A stretch of DNA of 64,000 nucleotides. It comes from Armatimonadota bacterium. Its GTDB lineage: Bacteria; Armatimonadota; HRBIN16. Below, piece by piece: positions 37,155 to 48,365 of the stretch. The notes under the pieces are model-generated. The model searched no databases and had not been told where the DNA came from. It saw nothing but the letters and a program-made list of their open reading frames with translations. The position numbers and the translations under genes were made by a program. The stretch covers positions 3,520,001-3,584,000 of the forward strand of contig OY781964.1 in the NCBI GenBank assembly GCA_963677485.1, in the 5' to 3' direction. Each line of letters opens with the position of its first letter. Position 1 is the stretch's first letter.

Positions 37155-40100
37155 GTGATAAACATCATACGGCGGATAGCTCAGTGGTTCGCACCATTAG
37201 CTTTGCTGTTGGCAGTTGTGTTTGGTAGCGCGGCTATGGCGGCAACTGAGCATGCACCCAACGAGGCCATTGTGTGGGCCAATGCTGGCGTAACTCGTCA
37301 GCAAATTGCCGATCTGGCAACTCAGAACGGCTATACCGTTATTCCATTATTAATGGATGACGTGTATCGGATCGTAAAGCCGGTATCGAAAACCCGAGGC
37401 GGTTCCGATATCGTGGACGGATCCGGGGAAATCATCACCCGGTACAAAGATTCTGGTCTTTGTAGATATACCGGAGAAAACCGCATGCATAGGATTTCTC
37501 AGGTTAGCCCTGTCATCCCCAATGATGCTAGGTATTCTGAGCAGTGGGGCGTACCCCTGATGAATGTGCCAAAAGCCTGGTCCGTTGAAAAGGGTAAGAG
37601 TAACGTCGTAGCCGTTGTGATGGATACAGGCGTTGTTTTAACACATCCTGATCTTGATTCTCCGCGGCTCATCAAGCGGCTGAAAGACGACGCTGGTACC
37701 GACGTGATGCTCGATACTGGTGACAATGACGCAGACCCGAGTGCTGTGTACCGTACTGATGATACTGGCTCATGGTTTCACGGCACTCACGTAATGGGTA
37801 TCATTGGAGCAACTGCGAACAATACCATAGGTGTTGCTGGCGTTACCTATGAGAATGTAACTCTTCTGCCGATTAAAGCCGCCAGATTTGAAACCACAGT
37901 TCTAGCGTGGGTGTTTTTCGACGACTCGGTTATAAACGGTATAAAAGTCTGTATGAATGCCAAGCGTTATATAGCCACCCAACTGGGTGTGCCAGACGTT
38001 AAAATGGTTGTTAATATGAGCTTTGGTGGTGCTGCCCCATCTGATGAACCGGATCTGACGGATCCTTACAACACCATATTGCTTCAAGCTGCAAACGAAT
38101 ATGGGATAGTATTCACTATAGCTGCTGGAAATTCAGCTCAAGAGGGAAACCCACCGTCACATCCAGCGAATATGGCATCGAAGAGCAAAAATATCCTATG
38201 TATCGCGTCGGTAGGACCTAAAGGCAAGCGCGCATACTATAGCTCTTATCGATCCTACACCACCGTGGCCGCACCGGGCGGTGAGATGTATAGTTCAACC
38301 GACACTAACGGCATTCTAAGCACAGGCCCTAACCGGCTAGGTGCTGGGATAGATGACTATATTTTTGAACAAGGCACCTCAATGGCCAGTCCGATGGCCG
38401 CAGGTGCAATTGCGATCATGCTTTCCCGCGGTATTCCAGCTAACCAGATCAAAGACGTGCTCATTGCAACGGCGAACCCGGTGGGTTACACCGTACCGAA
38501 CGCCGAAGTGGGATACGGTATGATTGACCTTTATAAAGCAGTGACGGCATCGTCTGTGAGCTTAACTTTACAAGATAGTGGCATTGGTAAAGTTGCTGGC
38601 AAGTACACAATGCGAACAAAGAAAGTGCAACTCAACTTTGTCGCAGGTAATACGACGAAAAAGTTGATGAAAGCTAAGATTGATGGCGATGTGGTACCGG
38701 CTGACAGCATCACTTACACGTCTATCGACGCAGATAGTGCCATAGCGGCTATCACACTTGAGTTGGAAGTTGGCAGCCACAACCTGGTTGTCACGGCCAC
38801 TAATAAACAAGACGCGACCGATACGACAACGAAGACGATCGCTTTTGACGTGACACCTTATCGTTACGACGTCAACAATACCCCCGCGAAAATGCGCCTA
38901 ATGTCGCTGCCGATCTTCGAAGCGGCTGAAGGCTCAACAACCAGCTTGTCTGCTGACAACATACTGCGTGGAAGCCTGGAAGGTGACCAACCGGCCAACT
39001 TCACGCTTCTGCGATGGATGAACCAGGACACCAACGGCTCATGGGCGTCATGGCAGAGCAACGGATCACGGAAAGACGCTGCAGCATCATTTGATGCTAA
39101 CAGCTGGATGACTGGCTATCCCGTTGATGTCGCCGCTGGCAAATCATCAAGCCCTGTAGGTCTTGGCTTCTTTGTACGCAGCGATGCGAACCTGTATGCC
39201 GTATCTTCGGGTTCTGAGACCAACGCTGTTCCGTTTGAAGTGCAGCTTGTTAAGGGATGGAACCTCATTGGTAATCCATATACCTATGATGTCGCGTGGA
39301 ATGGCTGTCAGTTCATCACCTATGATGATAAAAGCTATACCGTGCAAGCAGCAGCATCCGCAAATGTCATATTGCCGAATGTCTATGGTTACGACAATGG
39401 GTCATACTATTGGCTGACAGCTCCGTTTGGCATGCTAAGAGCATGGGAAGGTTACTGGATCATGGCGCTGCAACCTTGCCGCATGATCTTTAACCCAGTA
39501 GTCGGCGATGCGGCGAAAGCAACCGTCGCTGCAGAGAACTGGACAGTAAACTTCGCGTTGAAATTAGACGGTGGGGCGGCCGGTAATGTAGTGATCGGTA
39601 CCTCCAACAATGCCTCTGACAGTTTGGACCTCTTGGATGTCTTGGCTCCACCAGCCATCAACCCGAACTTGAAGTTGATGGGTGTTGAGAACGCACTATT
39701 GAAGGATGTTCGAAGCAACTCGGGCAAACAAAAATGGTACATTCAAGTCCCAGAAGGCGCACAGAAAGCCAACCTGAGTTGGAAATCCGCAGGCGTAGTG
39801 CCCGTGCGAAGCCGACTATTGTTGACCGATCTGAGCACCGGTACTAAGACTGGCATCAGTCGCTCCGGCGAAATTGTTGCTCAACCTGGCAGCCGCCTGA
39901 TGGTGGAACAAGTTGATAACAGCACTGGCAGTCTACGCGTGAGCAGCATGAGAGTGCGAGCCACACGTGGAGGTTCTATCAGTGTGGACTACACGTTAAG
40001 TGCTTCCGCTAATGTGACCGCGACTGTTTATGACGCCGCGGGTAAATCTGTGACCGTGATACCTGTAGGTGCCAAGAGCAGCGGGCCTGGCTCGCTGAGT

Positions 40101-40223
40101 TGGAACGGCAAGAACCGCGAAGGCGTGTCGTTACCGGCAGGCGTATACACCATGACCCTAGACGTAACAAACGACGAGGGGAACCGAATAACGGCATCTC
40201 AGCCCGTGGTTCTCGTCAGGTAG
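37155..40223 (+). CDS. Secreted S8 subtilase with C-terminal FlgD-Ig/CTD-like module
   Basis: Triad VMDTG, HGTHVMG, GTSMASP; oxyanion AAGN; C-term WNGKNREGVSLPAGVY. Confidence 0.9.
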   Translation: MINIIRRIAQWFAPLALLLAVVFGSAAMAATEHAPNEAIVWANAGVTRQQIADLATQNGYTVIPLLMDDVYRIVKPVSKTRGGSDIVDGSGEIITRYKDSGLCRYTGENRMHRISQVSPVIPNDARYSEQWGVPLMNVPKAWSVEKGKSNVVAVVMDTGVVLTHPDLDSPRLIKRLKDDAGTDVMLDTGDNDADPSAVYRTDDTGSWFHGTHVMGIIGATANNTIGVAGVTYENVTLLPIKAARFETTVLAWVFFDDSVINGIKVCMNAKRYIATQLGVPDVKMVVNMSFGGAAPSDEPDLTDPYNTILLQAANEYGIVFTIAAGNSAQEGNPPSHPANMASKSKNILCIASVGPKGKRAYYSSYRSYTTVAAPGGEMYSSTDTNGILSTGPNRLGAGIDDYIFEQGTSMASPMAAGAIAIMLSRGIPANQIKDVLIATANPVGYTVPNAEVGYGMIDLYKAVTASSVSLTLQDSGIGKVAGKYTMRTKKVQLNFVAGNTTKKLMKAKIDGDVVPADSITYTSIDADSAIAAITLELEVGSHNLVVTATNKQDATDTTTKTIAFDVTPYRYDVNNTPAKMRLMSLPIFEAAEGSTTSLSADNILRGSLEGDQPANFTLLRWMNQDTNGSWASWQSNGSRKDAAASFDANSWMTGYPVDVAAGKSSSPVGLGFFVRSDANLYAVSSGSETNAVPFEVQLVKGWNLIGNPYTYDVAWNGCQFITYDDKSYTVQAAASANVILPNVYGYDNGSYYWLTAPFGMLRAWEGYWIMALQPCRMIFNPVVGDAAKATVAAENWTVNFALKLDGGAAGNVVIGTSNNASDSLDLLDVLAPPAINPNLKLMGVENALLKDVRSNSGKQKWYIQVPEGAQKANLSWKSAGVVPVRSRLLLTDLSTGTKTGISRSGEIVAQPGSRLMVEQVDNSTGSLRVSSMRVRATRGGSISVDYTLSASANVTATVYDAAGKSVTVIPVGAKSSGPGSLSWNGKNREGVSLPAGVYTMTLDVTNDEGNRITASQPVVLVR

Positions 40224-40238
40224 TGGAGGAGTGCAGGC

Positions 40239-42944
40239 GTGAATAGTACCTGTAGAAATAACGGCATTGTGCCTAAATGGGCACGTAGTTTAGCCGCAGC
40301 GGCAATGCTTCTAGTAGGCTTGGCCAATTGCGCATGGGCGGTTATGCCGCCCATAGACTATCCGATCAAGGTATCCGATACCAACCTTGGAGAAGGTGCA
40401 TATCGCATCATCTTCAACAATGAAAAAATCGAATATGCCCAGGGTGTGGGTCATCAAGTTGCCCACTTCATGGACGGAACCACTGCGATCATGGAAGACA
40501 CCGCAGGGCGGTTTTCCATGGGTACGAAGGCTGGAGCTGGATTTTCATCGGCCGATGATAATGTGGCTCTGCACGGAATGCACGGATGGCCCGGTGGTAA
40601 CGCCAGCTATTTCGATGTAGGAATTGGTCTGACCGCTGATGCATTAACCTGGGCCAAATACGCAGGTGATGGTGAGTGGACCACCGCTCCTTTCATCGAC
40701 ATCACCGGCCGCATCATGAGCAGCCGTTGGACGACCGATGGCGTTCTCATTACCCAGAACGTCGAACTGATTGGTTCTTGGGCCAAAATATCTTGGTCAT
40801 TTAAGAACACTAATGCAGTAGGCCGTTATGTTGACATGCGTATGGTTCTCAGCCAGATGCTCAACATCTTCAAAGTGCCTTATGTGAGCGTTCCCGGTTG
40901 GGGAATCATTGTTAGTGACACCACGATCACTGGTACCGTGCCGGATGATCTGAGTTTCCTACCAACTCAGCAGTCCCTTGCTCCTGAGCTTAAGGTCCTG
41001 CTCAAAGGCAATGGTTTGACCGAACCCAATTTGATCCAGGTTGGTGACCACGCGCTGCCCGGTGGTGGTCGTTTGGGCGTAGATATGGACCCCAACGGTG
41101 CAGTACCTTCTCGTCCTGTGAACTGGATGGGTAGTATGATCACCTACAAGCCCATTACGATTGCGGCTGGTGCTACCCAGACCATGAGCATGATGCTTGG
41201 ACTTGGTTCCAGTACACTGAACGCGCCAGCGGGTTCGAAATTCACGGCTGAGACGGAATGCCAACGGTCATTAAGCCTGAATAGCTCGATGCCAGGCAAG
41301 TATGATCCGGCTTCGTTTAGCATATATGGCTACACGACCAACCTTCATGACGAGACACTCGATCGATCTCTTGATAATGTCACCATGACGATCAGTCTGC
41401 CTAAGGGTTTGGAACTCTTGGCTGGTGAGTCTGCTACCAAGACGATTGCTTCAGTAGATAGAGGCAAGACGGTTGGAGTGAACTGGAAAGTCAAGGCGAA
41501 TACTCAAGCGTTTGGCGATCTTCAATATACAATCAGTGTGAAGTGGGATCAGATGACATACACCGTGACACGCAAGGTGTTCGTGCCTATGGTGCCCATC
41601 ACTGATATCACCGAGAACTACCAACTTAAGAGCTTCGGCTTCAAGTTTAGCAACCCTCTACCTACCTCGGTACTGGGTATCGCTGATGGTGCACCTGTTT
41701 CAGACACATATGATATGTTCGGCTGGGATGTAACTAGTCAGAAATATGTGACTGGCGACGCTTTAGCTGAAATTTCGCCAGCTACTGGGTACTGGATGCG
41801 CGTTAAGAACGTGGCTGATGCAGGGTCAAAAACCCTGAATGGAGCCATAGCCGCCGAAGACCCGTTTGGCACGACCCCCTACAGGGTAAATCTGCCTGCT
41901 ACGATGAAGGGATGGATACTCATAGGTAACCCATACCCATTCAGCGTGGCAATCGGAAACCTGAAGATATTCGACCGCACGACACAGAACACCTTGACTA
42001 TAGCTCAGGCTATCGCTCAGAACAAAGCTCGAGGAACCATCTTCAGATGGCAGCCTAAGGCTGGTTCGTATCCCGGTGGTTACCAGGCCCTTTCCTTTGT
42101 TTCACAACAAGGGGAGCTTCTGAAACCAGGCGATGGATATTGGATGTATATCGACGGTAAGTATCTGGCCCTCGAGTTCTACAGCAGCAGCGTCACTGGA
42201 GCCACTCAGACCTGGCCAAACAAGTCTGCTGCCAACGGATGGAGGATCAGCCTTAACGGCTCATCAAATGGAATCTGCAGCGGAACCGCGGCAATAGGCG
42301 GTAATGTAGATGCCAGTGATTCAGAAGACGGTATGGACACACCAGTACCTCCAAAGAGCCCTGACACGGGAGTGCAGATCAGTTTAGCCGGTGGTTTAGC
42401 TGAGGATATCCGCAGCATGAGCGGCCGCAAGAGCTGGGATCTGTTCGTCAACGTGCCTGCTGGAACCAGCAGTGTGGAGTTGAAGTGGGATGGCAGTCGG
42501 AATGTGCCAAGTAATGTAAGGCTGATGTTAGTCGATGCATCTGCTGGTCGCAACCGCGATATGCGCGGAACCAGCAGCTATGTGCTCGACATGGCCGGAC
42601 AGACTACGAAGACACTTAAGATAGTTGCCGAACCCGCCGGAAGCTCCGCATTACGCATCAATAGCGTTCGAGTTGGACGGAGCCGTGGCGGCTCAGTTCA
42701 GTTGAGTTATAACCTATCCGATAACGCAACCTGCAGCGTGCGGGTGATGGGAGCCAACGGTAGTGTAGTGAACACCCTAGCTACTTCAGGTTCTGCATCC
42801 CGCGGTGTAAACACCGTCACTTGGAACGGGCAGGATGCTAATGGTATCAACGTGCCGGCAGGAATATACCTGATGGAAATTGCCGCCAGCACAGAAGACG
42901 GCCAAACAGCAAAGACCGTTCAACCCGTAGTAATGACACGCTAA
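40239..42944 (+). CDS. Secreted beta-rich protein with the shared C-terminal FlgD-Ig/CTD-like module
   Basis: Signal peptide (AWA-V); GWILIGNPY; WNGQDANGINVPAGIY. Confidence 0.8.
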   Translation: MNSTCRNNGIVPKWARSLAAAAMLLVGLANCAWAVMPPIDYPIKVSDTNLGEGAYRIIFNNEKIEYAQGVGHQVAHFMDGTTAIMEDTAGRFSMGTKAGAGFSSADDNVALHGMHGWPGGNASYFDVGIGLTADALTWAKYAGDGEWTTAPFIDITGRIMSSRWTTDGVLITQNVELIGSWAKISWSFKNTNAVGRYVDMRMVLSQMLNIFKVPYVSVPGWGIIVSDTTITGTVPDDLSFLPTQQSLAPELKVLLKGNGLTEPNLIQVGDHALPGGGRLGVDMDPNGAVPSRPVNWMGSMITYKPITIAAGATQTMSMMLGLGSSTLNAPAGSKFTAETECQRSLSLNSSMPGKYDPASFSIYGYTTNLHDETLDRSLDNVTMTISLPKGLELLAGESATKTIASVDRGKTVGVNWKVKANTQAFGDLQYTISVKWDQMTYTVTRKVFVPMVPITDITENYQLKSFGFKFSNPLPTSVLGIADGAPVSDTYDMFGWDVTSQKYVTGDALAEISPATGYWMRVKNVADAGSKTLNGAIAAEDPFGTTPYRVNLPATMKGWILIGNPYPFSVAIGNLKIFDRTTQNTLTIAQAIAQNKARGTIFRWQPKAGSYPGGYQALSFVSQQGELLKPGDGYWMYIDGKYLALEFYSSSVTGATQTWPNKSAANGWRISLNGSSNGICSGTAAIGGNVDASDSEDGMDTPVPPKSPDTGVQISLAGGLAEDIRSMSGRKSWDLFVNVPAGTSSVELKWDGSRNVPSNVRLMLVDASAGRNRDMRGTSSYVLDMAGQTTKTLKIVAEPAGSSALRINSVRVGRSRGGSVQLSYNLSDNATCSVRVMGANGSVVNTLATSGSASRGVNTVTWNGQDANGINVPAGIYLMEIAASTEDGQTAKTVQPVVMTR

Positions 42945-42966
42945 CGGAGACGAGGAGTAACCACAC

Positions 42967-45900
42967 GTGAAGAATTTGACCAGAAATCTCTGGCACCGAC
43001 TGAGGCCCATATTGGGCCTCTGTGCGGTGATTGCCGCTGCCGTGGCCCTCACCGGAGGGCCAGCTACGGCTGCGCCTACAGTAGTCTTTCCCTCTAAGTG
43101 TTTTGTACCCAGCCATGCGGATGTAGACGTTGGGTGGGGTGAATTTGCTCCAGGGCAGTTCTGTGATGGCACAGTCGCCTCATATTTCATGTTCCCCAAG
43201 CCTAGCATCACTGTAGGGGCTACAGAAGTCATTACAAAACTGGGACTTCGATTCAATCAGAATGAATTCGAAAATCAGTCCTCTGGTTCAGATGCATATT
43301 TCTACGATGGTGCAGGTTGGGTCATTAGAGGCAACCGTCTGTTTGCTGGTAATACTATTTATCAAACAGTAGTGTTGCGAGTTTATTGGAGAGCTGCTAC
43401 TGCCACAAACGACACAATTACGGATTTCCCGTATCCTGTCCCATATTCGACGATCAACGTCACGAATATACTGCCGCAGGTGTTCCGGCAGGCTTTATGG
43501 CCTGACCGACCATCATTTTCGTCACCTCAGCAGCATGACCCATTGCTTGTGATTAACAATGGACAAGATGATGCTGCTCATGATGAAGGCACTAGCTCTT
43601 CAATATATGAATTCCGTGTTCGTTACCAACATCCCCGTGGACTGCCGCCAATTGTCAATGGCTTATTCGAGTCATCAGACGCCAGTGCGCCACTGGTTGG
43701 ATTTAGATACCGTGATGGCTACAATTCCGGAACTGTTCCAGAAGCCGGCTTCAAACGCTGGATCGTGGACAACGTAACAGGTAACGGAGCGCGGCCAAAC
43801 ACACGTATCAACGTCAACGGATCACTGAGGGGCGCCGCTGAAACAAACGGTGTTGCCGTCATATTCGGTGACCGTAACGCCAACGTGGTTGCGAAAAAAC
43901 AGGGCACTTACCATTTCATGGAACCTGTGTCTATGTCTACAGGCGGTGTTGTATCGAGATATTCACCGACTGCTGCAGAATATGCTAATACAGCCGGTGT
44001 TCTTTACCGCTGGAGATGGGAGCCATCTCATGCGGAAAATGACAACATGCAAGCCGTCAGACCGATCTACCATCCTGGATCGATTGACAACCGCTTTGGT
44101 GTAGGGTTTGAAAACCTGGATGGCAAAGACTTTGTGAATACCGTAGATGGTTATCGCTTTGCCGCCAGCGCCGAGTATTTCCCGGCTTACGACGCCTTCA
44201 TGCCTGAGGCTGTTTTCTACCGACAGATCAGGCCTGGTGTTCTAGATGATAACCCCGATTCAGGTGAGCCTTGGGATCCCAGAGTGGCACCAAATGCCGC
44301 CGTGATTCCGACCTACCCAACAGACAGCCGTCAGTATCCTAAGGTACAGAGCGCTCTCTGGGGTGTTGACTGGACCAACAATATATCCAACTGGCTGTAT
44401 TCAGGAACCATCGCCGCGGGGGCGAAATCTACCCGTGACCTGGTTAATCCTGACTTGGATCTCGTGACTCGTCAAGGACCTTTCCATCCTCAGGTCAACG
44501 GATATGCTCAGATGGCCAGAGATGTCCAATTTGATACGAGGAACGAAACTAACGAGAGCCGACAGATATCCTTGCTTAAAAACCAGGTTCCTGTATTTTA
44601 CGGAACCAAGGCTGGAACATATGTCTTTAGTATTCGATACTGGGGACAGAACGTGCCAGCTTCTATTAACGTGATCGTAAAAAACAGAGTCACAAACCTA
44701 ACGAAGACAATACCGCTGACACTTACTGCTGTCCCGGGTGGAATCATCCTGGATTCAGTGAACGCGCTCGCGGCATTAATACCCAGCAACGCGGGCGACA
44801 CCTATTCGGCAGAGGTTAACCTCAGCGATATGGTCGGCTCAAATGAGTATTACTTCGAAGCTAGAGATGGCGAACGCGTCATCACTTTCCCGGTAAGAAA
44901 TGATAAGGATCCATTGTGGCCTGGCAAGAATGCTTTTGTCGGCCCATATGTAAACAATGCTCCTACCATCAGTGCCATTAGTGTCACACCTTCTACCGTC
45001 ACTTATCGCGACAAGGTCAGCTTCAAAGTGACCTATAAAGACCCTGATAAACAGCGTCCGCAGCGATATCGCCTATGGCTGAAGGTCAAACCATATACCT
45101 TCGTTCAAAACGGCAATACCGTGACATCAGAATGGCGATCATACATCATGAATCCGGTGGATCCGATTCCGGGCACACCTGATAATGAAGTGCTTTCTAA
45201 TCCAAATCTCGTGGCATGGGATGAAGGTGTTCAATTCGAATACACCATCGACGCCACTAAAGAACTATGGGACATCGGCTCTGGAAAGAGCATGACAGGC
45301 AAGTATTTCTTCGAGTTCATGGACAGTTGGGGCGACCCGGCTGATCCAGCTTGGAAAAACCCGCTTGACTACCTGACTTCCAACGTTCCTGGAGAAGTAG
45401 TTACAAGCCCAGCAGGCGTGTGGGTCGATACTAATAATGACAACCGCATCAACTATCTGATTTCCGATGGCGAAATCAAACCGGAAATCGCAGCTGCAGG
45501 TCCGACGATTCAACTCGAAGTTAAGCCTTTCGTCGTGATGCCAAGTACAGCAGTAGGCAGCGAGATAGATTGGGCACCTGACGCTGTGGACCAGGGCGGT
45601 GATGAGAAATCAGAGCTGGTATCTGGAACACCTCGCGTGGCAATCACCACGAAGTACGTGCAAAAGAACGGACGCGCTCCACGAACAGTAACGGTAGAAT
45701 CCGCTCCCATGACTCAGATGGAAATTCTGAACCAGAAGTGGAAAGATCCTACCTGGAACCCAGTGAGTGCCTCCAGCACTATCAACGCAGCCGAGATCGA
45801 TACGACAGTTGATTACGTCAATGGCAAGGGCTATAAAGGGCTCCTTCCTGAAGTTGTCAACATCGGTTATGTCTATCGGGTGAAAGCATCGAACGACTAC

Positions 45901-48264
45901 GACAGCGTAGTTGCTCCATGGCAGCCCATTACTAAAGCTGTGACGATTGTTGAACCAGTTCTGAGCTTGAAAGATGCACAGGACCTGGATGTAATCGACG
46001 CTGCGCCAACATCCGGTGACGACACAACAACATACACCTTCCGAGTGGTCTACAAAGATACTCTCGGTCTAGGACCTGGCACAAAAGACGGAGCAGCGGT
46101 TAAATTGCTGTTCGGCATCGCTAAAACCGAGTTTGCCATGTCTGCTGTTAAAGCAGATGGTACGTCTTACGTCCCAACAACCGACGACTATATTGCTGGT
46201 GTGATTTTCCAAGTGAAGCTCACCCCAGAACAGATAGCTGCCGTTGGTCTTGGCCTACATGACTACTCATTCGAAGCCACCAACGGTTCGAAGTTGGCGG
46301 TTCCGTTAGCTGGAGCCAGTAAAATCACAGTCAACCAGTTCAGTAAGCTGAGCAAGGCTGGAGTGTTGGTTATGCGTGATCAAGCTAACGCTATCACGGG
46401 ATACACATTCCGCGCGACCTTTACTGACAATCAAGGTAACAAGCCAATCGGCGGTATCGGCGAAGTCAACGTCACAGTAGGTGGTTTGACCTTCCCAATG
46501 GATACCGAAGTTCTCGGTACTGACTATACGACCGGTGGCGTGATGACCAAGATAATCATGGTCAACGAACTGCCAGCGAACGTAAGTGTCAGTGACGCGA
46601 TCTTCCGGTTCGGACAAGGTGCTGGACAACTCGGTATTACCGGATTGGCCTCATTCGTGAAGGTTGGATCACCTGTAGCATTTACGGTCAACCAGAACCA
46701 GTTACCTGTGAAGTTCCAAGTGAAGTATGTGGGCGGATCATCAACTGATGCACCGACCGCTGATAGCATGAAGGTCGCCATTAAGACTGGTGAGCTCATC
46801 AAGAACTTTGCACTCACACAGGATGCACCTCCAACCGGTGGTGACTACACCAAGGGTGCGATTTATAGCACCACGATTACTAGCGACCCATTCCTTGCTG
46901 CTGGAGACTATACCTTTAGCTTCATCGGCATGGATAACAACGGACTGAATATTGAACTGACGAACGCAGCGTTCAAGTTCAATTTGAAATCAGCACCTAC
47001 TACGACATTCGACCTGGCCGCAGGGCTGGATTTGGTGTCCTTCCCAATGGTGCCAAACACGACAGTGCTGGCTGACCTACTTGGTGTAGACCCTGCTACC
47101 CTTAAAGCGATGAGCTTTACCGGTAACAACAATGCACCATATGCTGCAGCTACCGTCGCTGACGCCAACGCCGGTTATTGGGTAAAACCCGACGCCGCGA
47201 CGTCATTGACGCTGAACGGATACCTATTTGATCAGACTGCCACGCAGGTATTTACACTGCGTCAGGGCTGGAACCTGATAGGCACTCAGTTCAGTGCAGG
47301 AGCGAATCTTGCCAATGCCACAGTGGAAATCGGTGGCGCTGTCATGACACTTGCTCAAGCAGGCACACAGGACAAAGTTGGTAACTGGGCATGGGGTTAT
47401 AACAAAACCACAGGCGCTTACCAATTAGTTGATGGACGAAACGGTGCGACCGGTGCTTTGGGCAACGGCCGAGGTTACTGGATATATAGCTGGGTTGATG
47501 GGGCCAAACTGAATTTGGTTGCTGCTTCATCAGCTGTAGTTGCGACCTCAGTCAAGTCAAACGTCACCGTGGATTGGTCTGCTAACATCCGTGTCAACAG
47601 CGGAGACAGATCAGACACAGCAACCATCGGTGTGGCATCTCAGGCAAGCCGCGTATTGAAACCCGCAGCGATGGCTGAGTATGTGCAAGTGAACCTGACA
47701 TCAAACGGAACGGCAGTCGGTGAGGACATTCGCCGAACAGGCAGCCTGACCAACGAGTATACCTTCGACGTGATTACCGACCAGAAGAACCAGCCCGTAA
47801 CTGTTCAGCTTGAGGGCATTGCCCGACTAGCTGGCAAGTATAACGTGCTGCTTACAGACATCTCCGGTAACGTCACTCGCAGCCTGACAGGCGCAGGTAG
47901 CTACTCATTCAACAGCGGAACCACCGGGAAGCGCAGCTTCAAGATGACCGTTGCACCGAGAAGCAACCAGAGCCCGATGATTACTGGCCTCCGTGTGGCG
48001 AAAACCCGTGGTGGTGCGGCGCAGATCAGCTTTGGGCTGAACACCGATGCGACCACCAGCGTTGAAGTGATGGATGTTGCCGGCAAGCTTATACGCACGT
48101 TAAGTTCAAGTGCAGTGAGCAAGGGCAGCAACACTATCACATGGGATGGTCGCGATCTGGCCGGGGTCTCCGTGCCCGCAGGTGCTTACCTTGTTAAGGT
48201 ACGTGCTGACGCAGAAGACGGAAACTCCAGTCAAGCGATGAGCCCCTTCGTGGTCGTTCGCTAG
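42967..48264 (+). CDS. Large secreted protein with tandem Ig-like modules and the shared C-terminal FlgD-Ig/CTD-like module
   Basis: 1765 aa, signal peptide; recurring FxVxYxD / DYxxG / YxFEA motifs; GWNLIG; WDGRDLAGVSVPAGAY. Confidence 0.8.
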   Translation: MKNLTRNLWHRLRPILGLCAVIAAAVALTGGPATAAPTVVFPSKCFVPSHADVDVGWGEFAPGQFCDGTVASYFMFPKPSITVGATEVITKLGLRFNQNEFENQSSGSDAYFYDGAGWVIRGNRLFAGNTIYQTVVLRVYWRAATATNDTITDFPYPVPYSTINVTNILPQVFRQALWPDRPSFSSPQQHDPLLVINNGQDDAAHDEGTSSSIYEFRVRYQHPRGLPPIVNGLFESSDASAPLVGFRYRDGYNSGTVPEAGFKRWIVDNVTGNGARPNTRINVNGSLRGAAETNGVAVIFGDRNANVVAKKQGTYHFMEPVSMSTGGVVSRYSPTAAEYANTAGVLYRWRWEPSHAENDNMQAVRPIYHPGSIDNRFGVGFENLDGKDFVNTVDGYRFAASAEYFPAYDAFMPEAVFYRQIRPGVLDDNPDSGEPWDPRVAPNAAVIPTYPTDSRQYPKVQSALWGVDWTNNISNWLYSGTIAAGAKSTRDLVNPDLDLVTRQGPFHPQVNGYAQMARDVQFDTRNETNESRQISLLKNQVPVFYGTKAGTYVFSIRYWGQNVPASINVIVKNRVTNLTKTIPLTLTAVPGGIILDSVNALAALIPSNAGDTYSAEVNLSDMVGSNEYYFEARDGERVITFPVRNDKDPLWPGKNAFVGPYVNNAPTISAISVTPSTVTYRDKVSFKVTYKDPDKQRPQRYRLWLKVKPYTFVQNGNTVTSEWRSYIMNPVDPIPGTPDNEVLSNPNLVAWDEGVQFEYTIDATKELWDIGSGKSMTGKYFFEFMDSWGDPADPAWKNPLDYLTSNVPGEVVTSPAGVWVDTNNDNRINYLISDGEIKPEIAAAGPTIQLEVKPFVVMPSTAVGSEIDWAPDAVDQGGDEKSELVSGTPRVAITTKYVQKNGRAPRTVTVESAPMTQMEILNQKWKDPTWNPVSASSTINAAEIDTTVDYVNGKGYKGLLPEVVNIGYVYRVKASNDYDSVVAPWQPITKAVTIVEPVLSLKDAQDLDVIDAAPTSGDDTTTYTFRVVYKDTLGLGPGTKDGAAVKLLFGIAKTEFAMSAVKADGTSYVPTTDDYIAGVIFQVKLTPEQIAAVGLGLHDYSFEATNGSKLAVPLAGASKITVNQFSKLSKAGVLVMRDQANAITGYTFRATFTDNQGNKPIGGIGEVNVTVGGLTFPMDTEVLGTDYTTGGVMTKIIMVNELPANVSVSDAIFRFGQGAGQLGITGLASFVKVGSPVAFTVNQNQLPVKFQVKYVGGSSTDAPTADSMKVAIKTGELIKNFALTQDAPPTGGDYTKGAIYSTTITSDPFLAAGDYTFSFIGMDNNGLNIELTNAAFKFNLKSAPTTTFDLAAGLDLVSFPMVPNTTVLADLLGVDPATLKAMSFTGNNNAPYAAATVADANAGYWVKPDAATSLTLNGYLFDQTATQVFTLRQGWNLIGTQFSAGANLANATVEIGGAVMTLAQAGTQDKVGNWAWGYNKTTGAYQLVDGRNGATGALGNGRGYWIYSWVDGAKLNLVAASSAVVATSVKSNVTVDWSANIRVNSGDRSDTATIGVASQASRVLKPAAMAEYVQVNLTSNGTAVGEDIRRTGSLTNEYTFDVITDQKNQPVTVQLEGIARLAGKYNVLLTDISGNVTRSLTGAGSYSFNSGTTGKRSFKMTVAPRSNQSPMITGLRVAKTRGGAAQISFGLNTDATTSVEVMDVAGKLIRTLSSSAVSKGSNTITWDGRDLAGVSVPAGAYLVKVRADAEDGNSSQAMSPFVVVR

Positions 48265-48365
48265 ACAGAAACAACGGATGGCCGGGTTCACTCGGCCATC
48301 CTACCAAATGCAATCATCATACACGAGAGTGGTGTTTAACCTCTCATCGGCAAGGAGATATCTGG

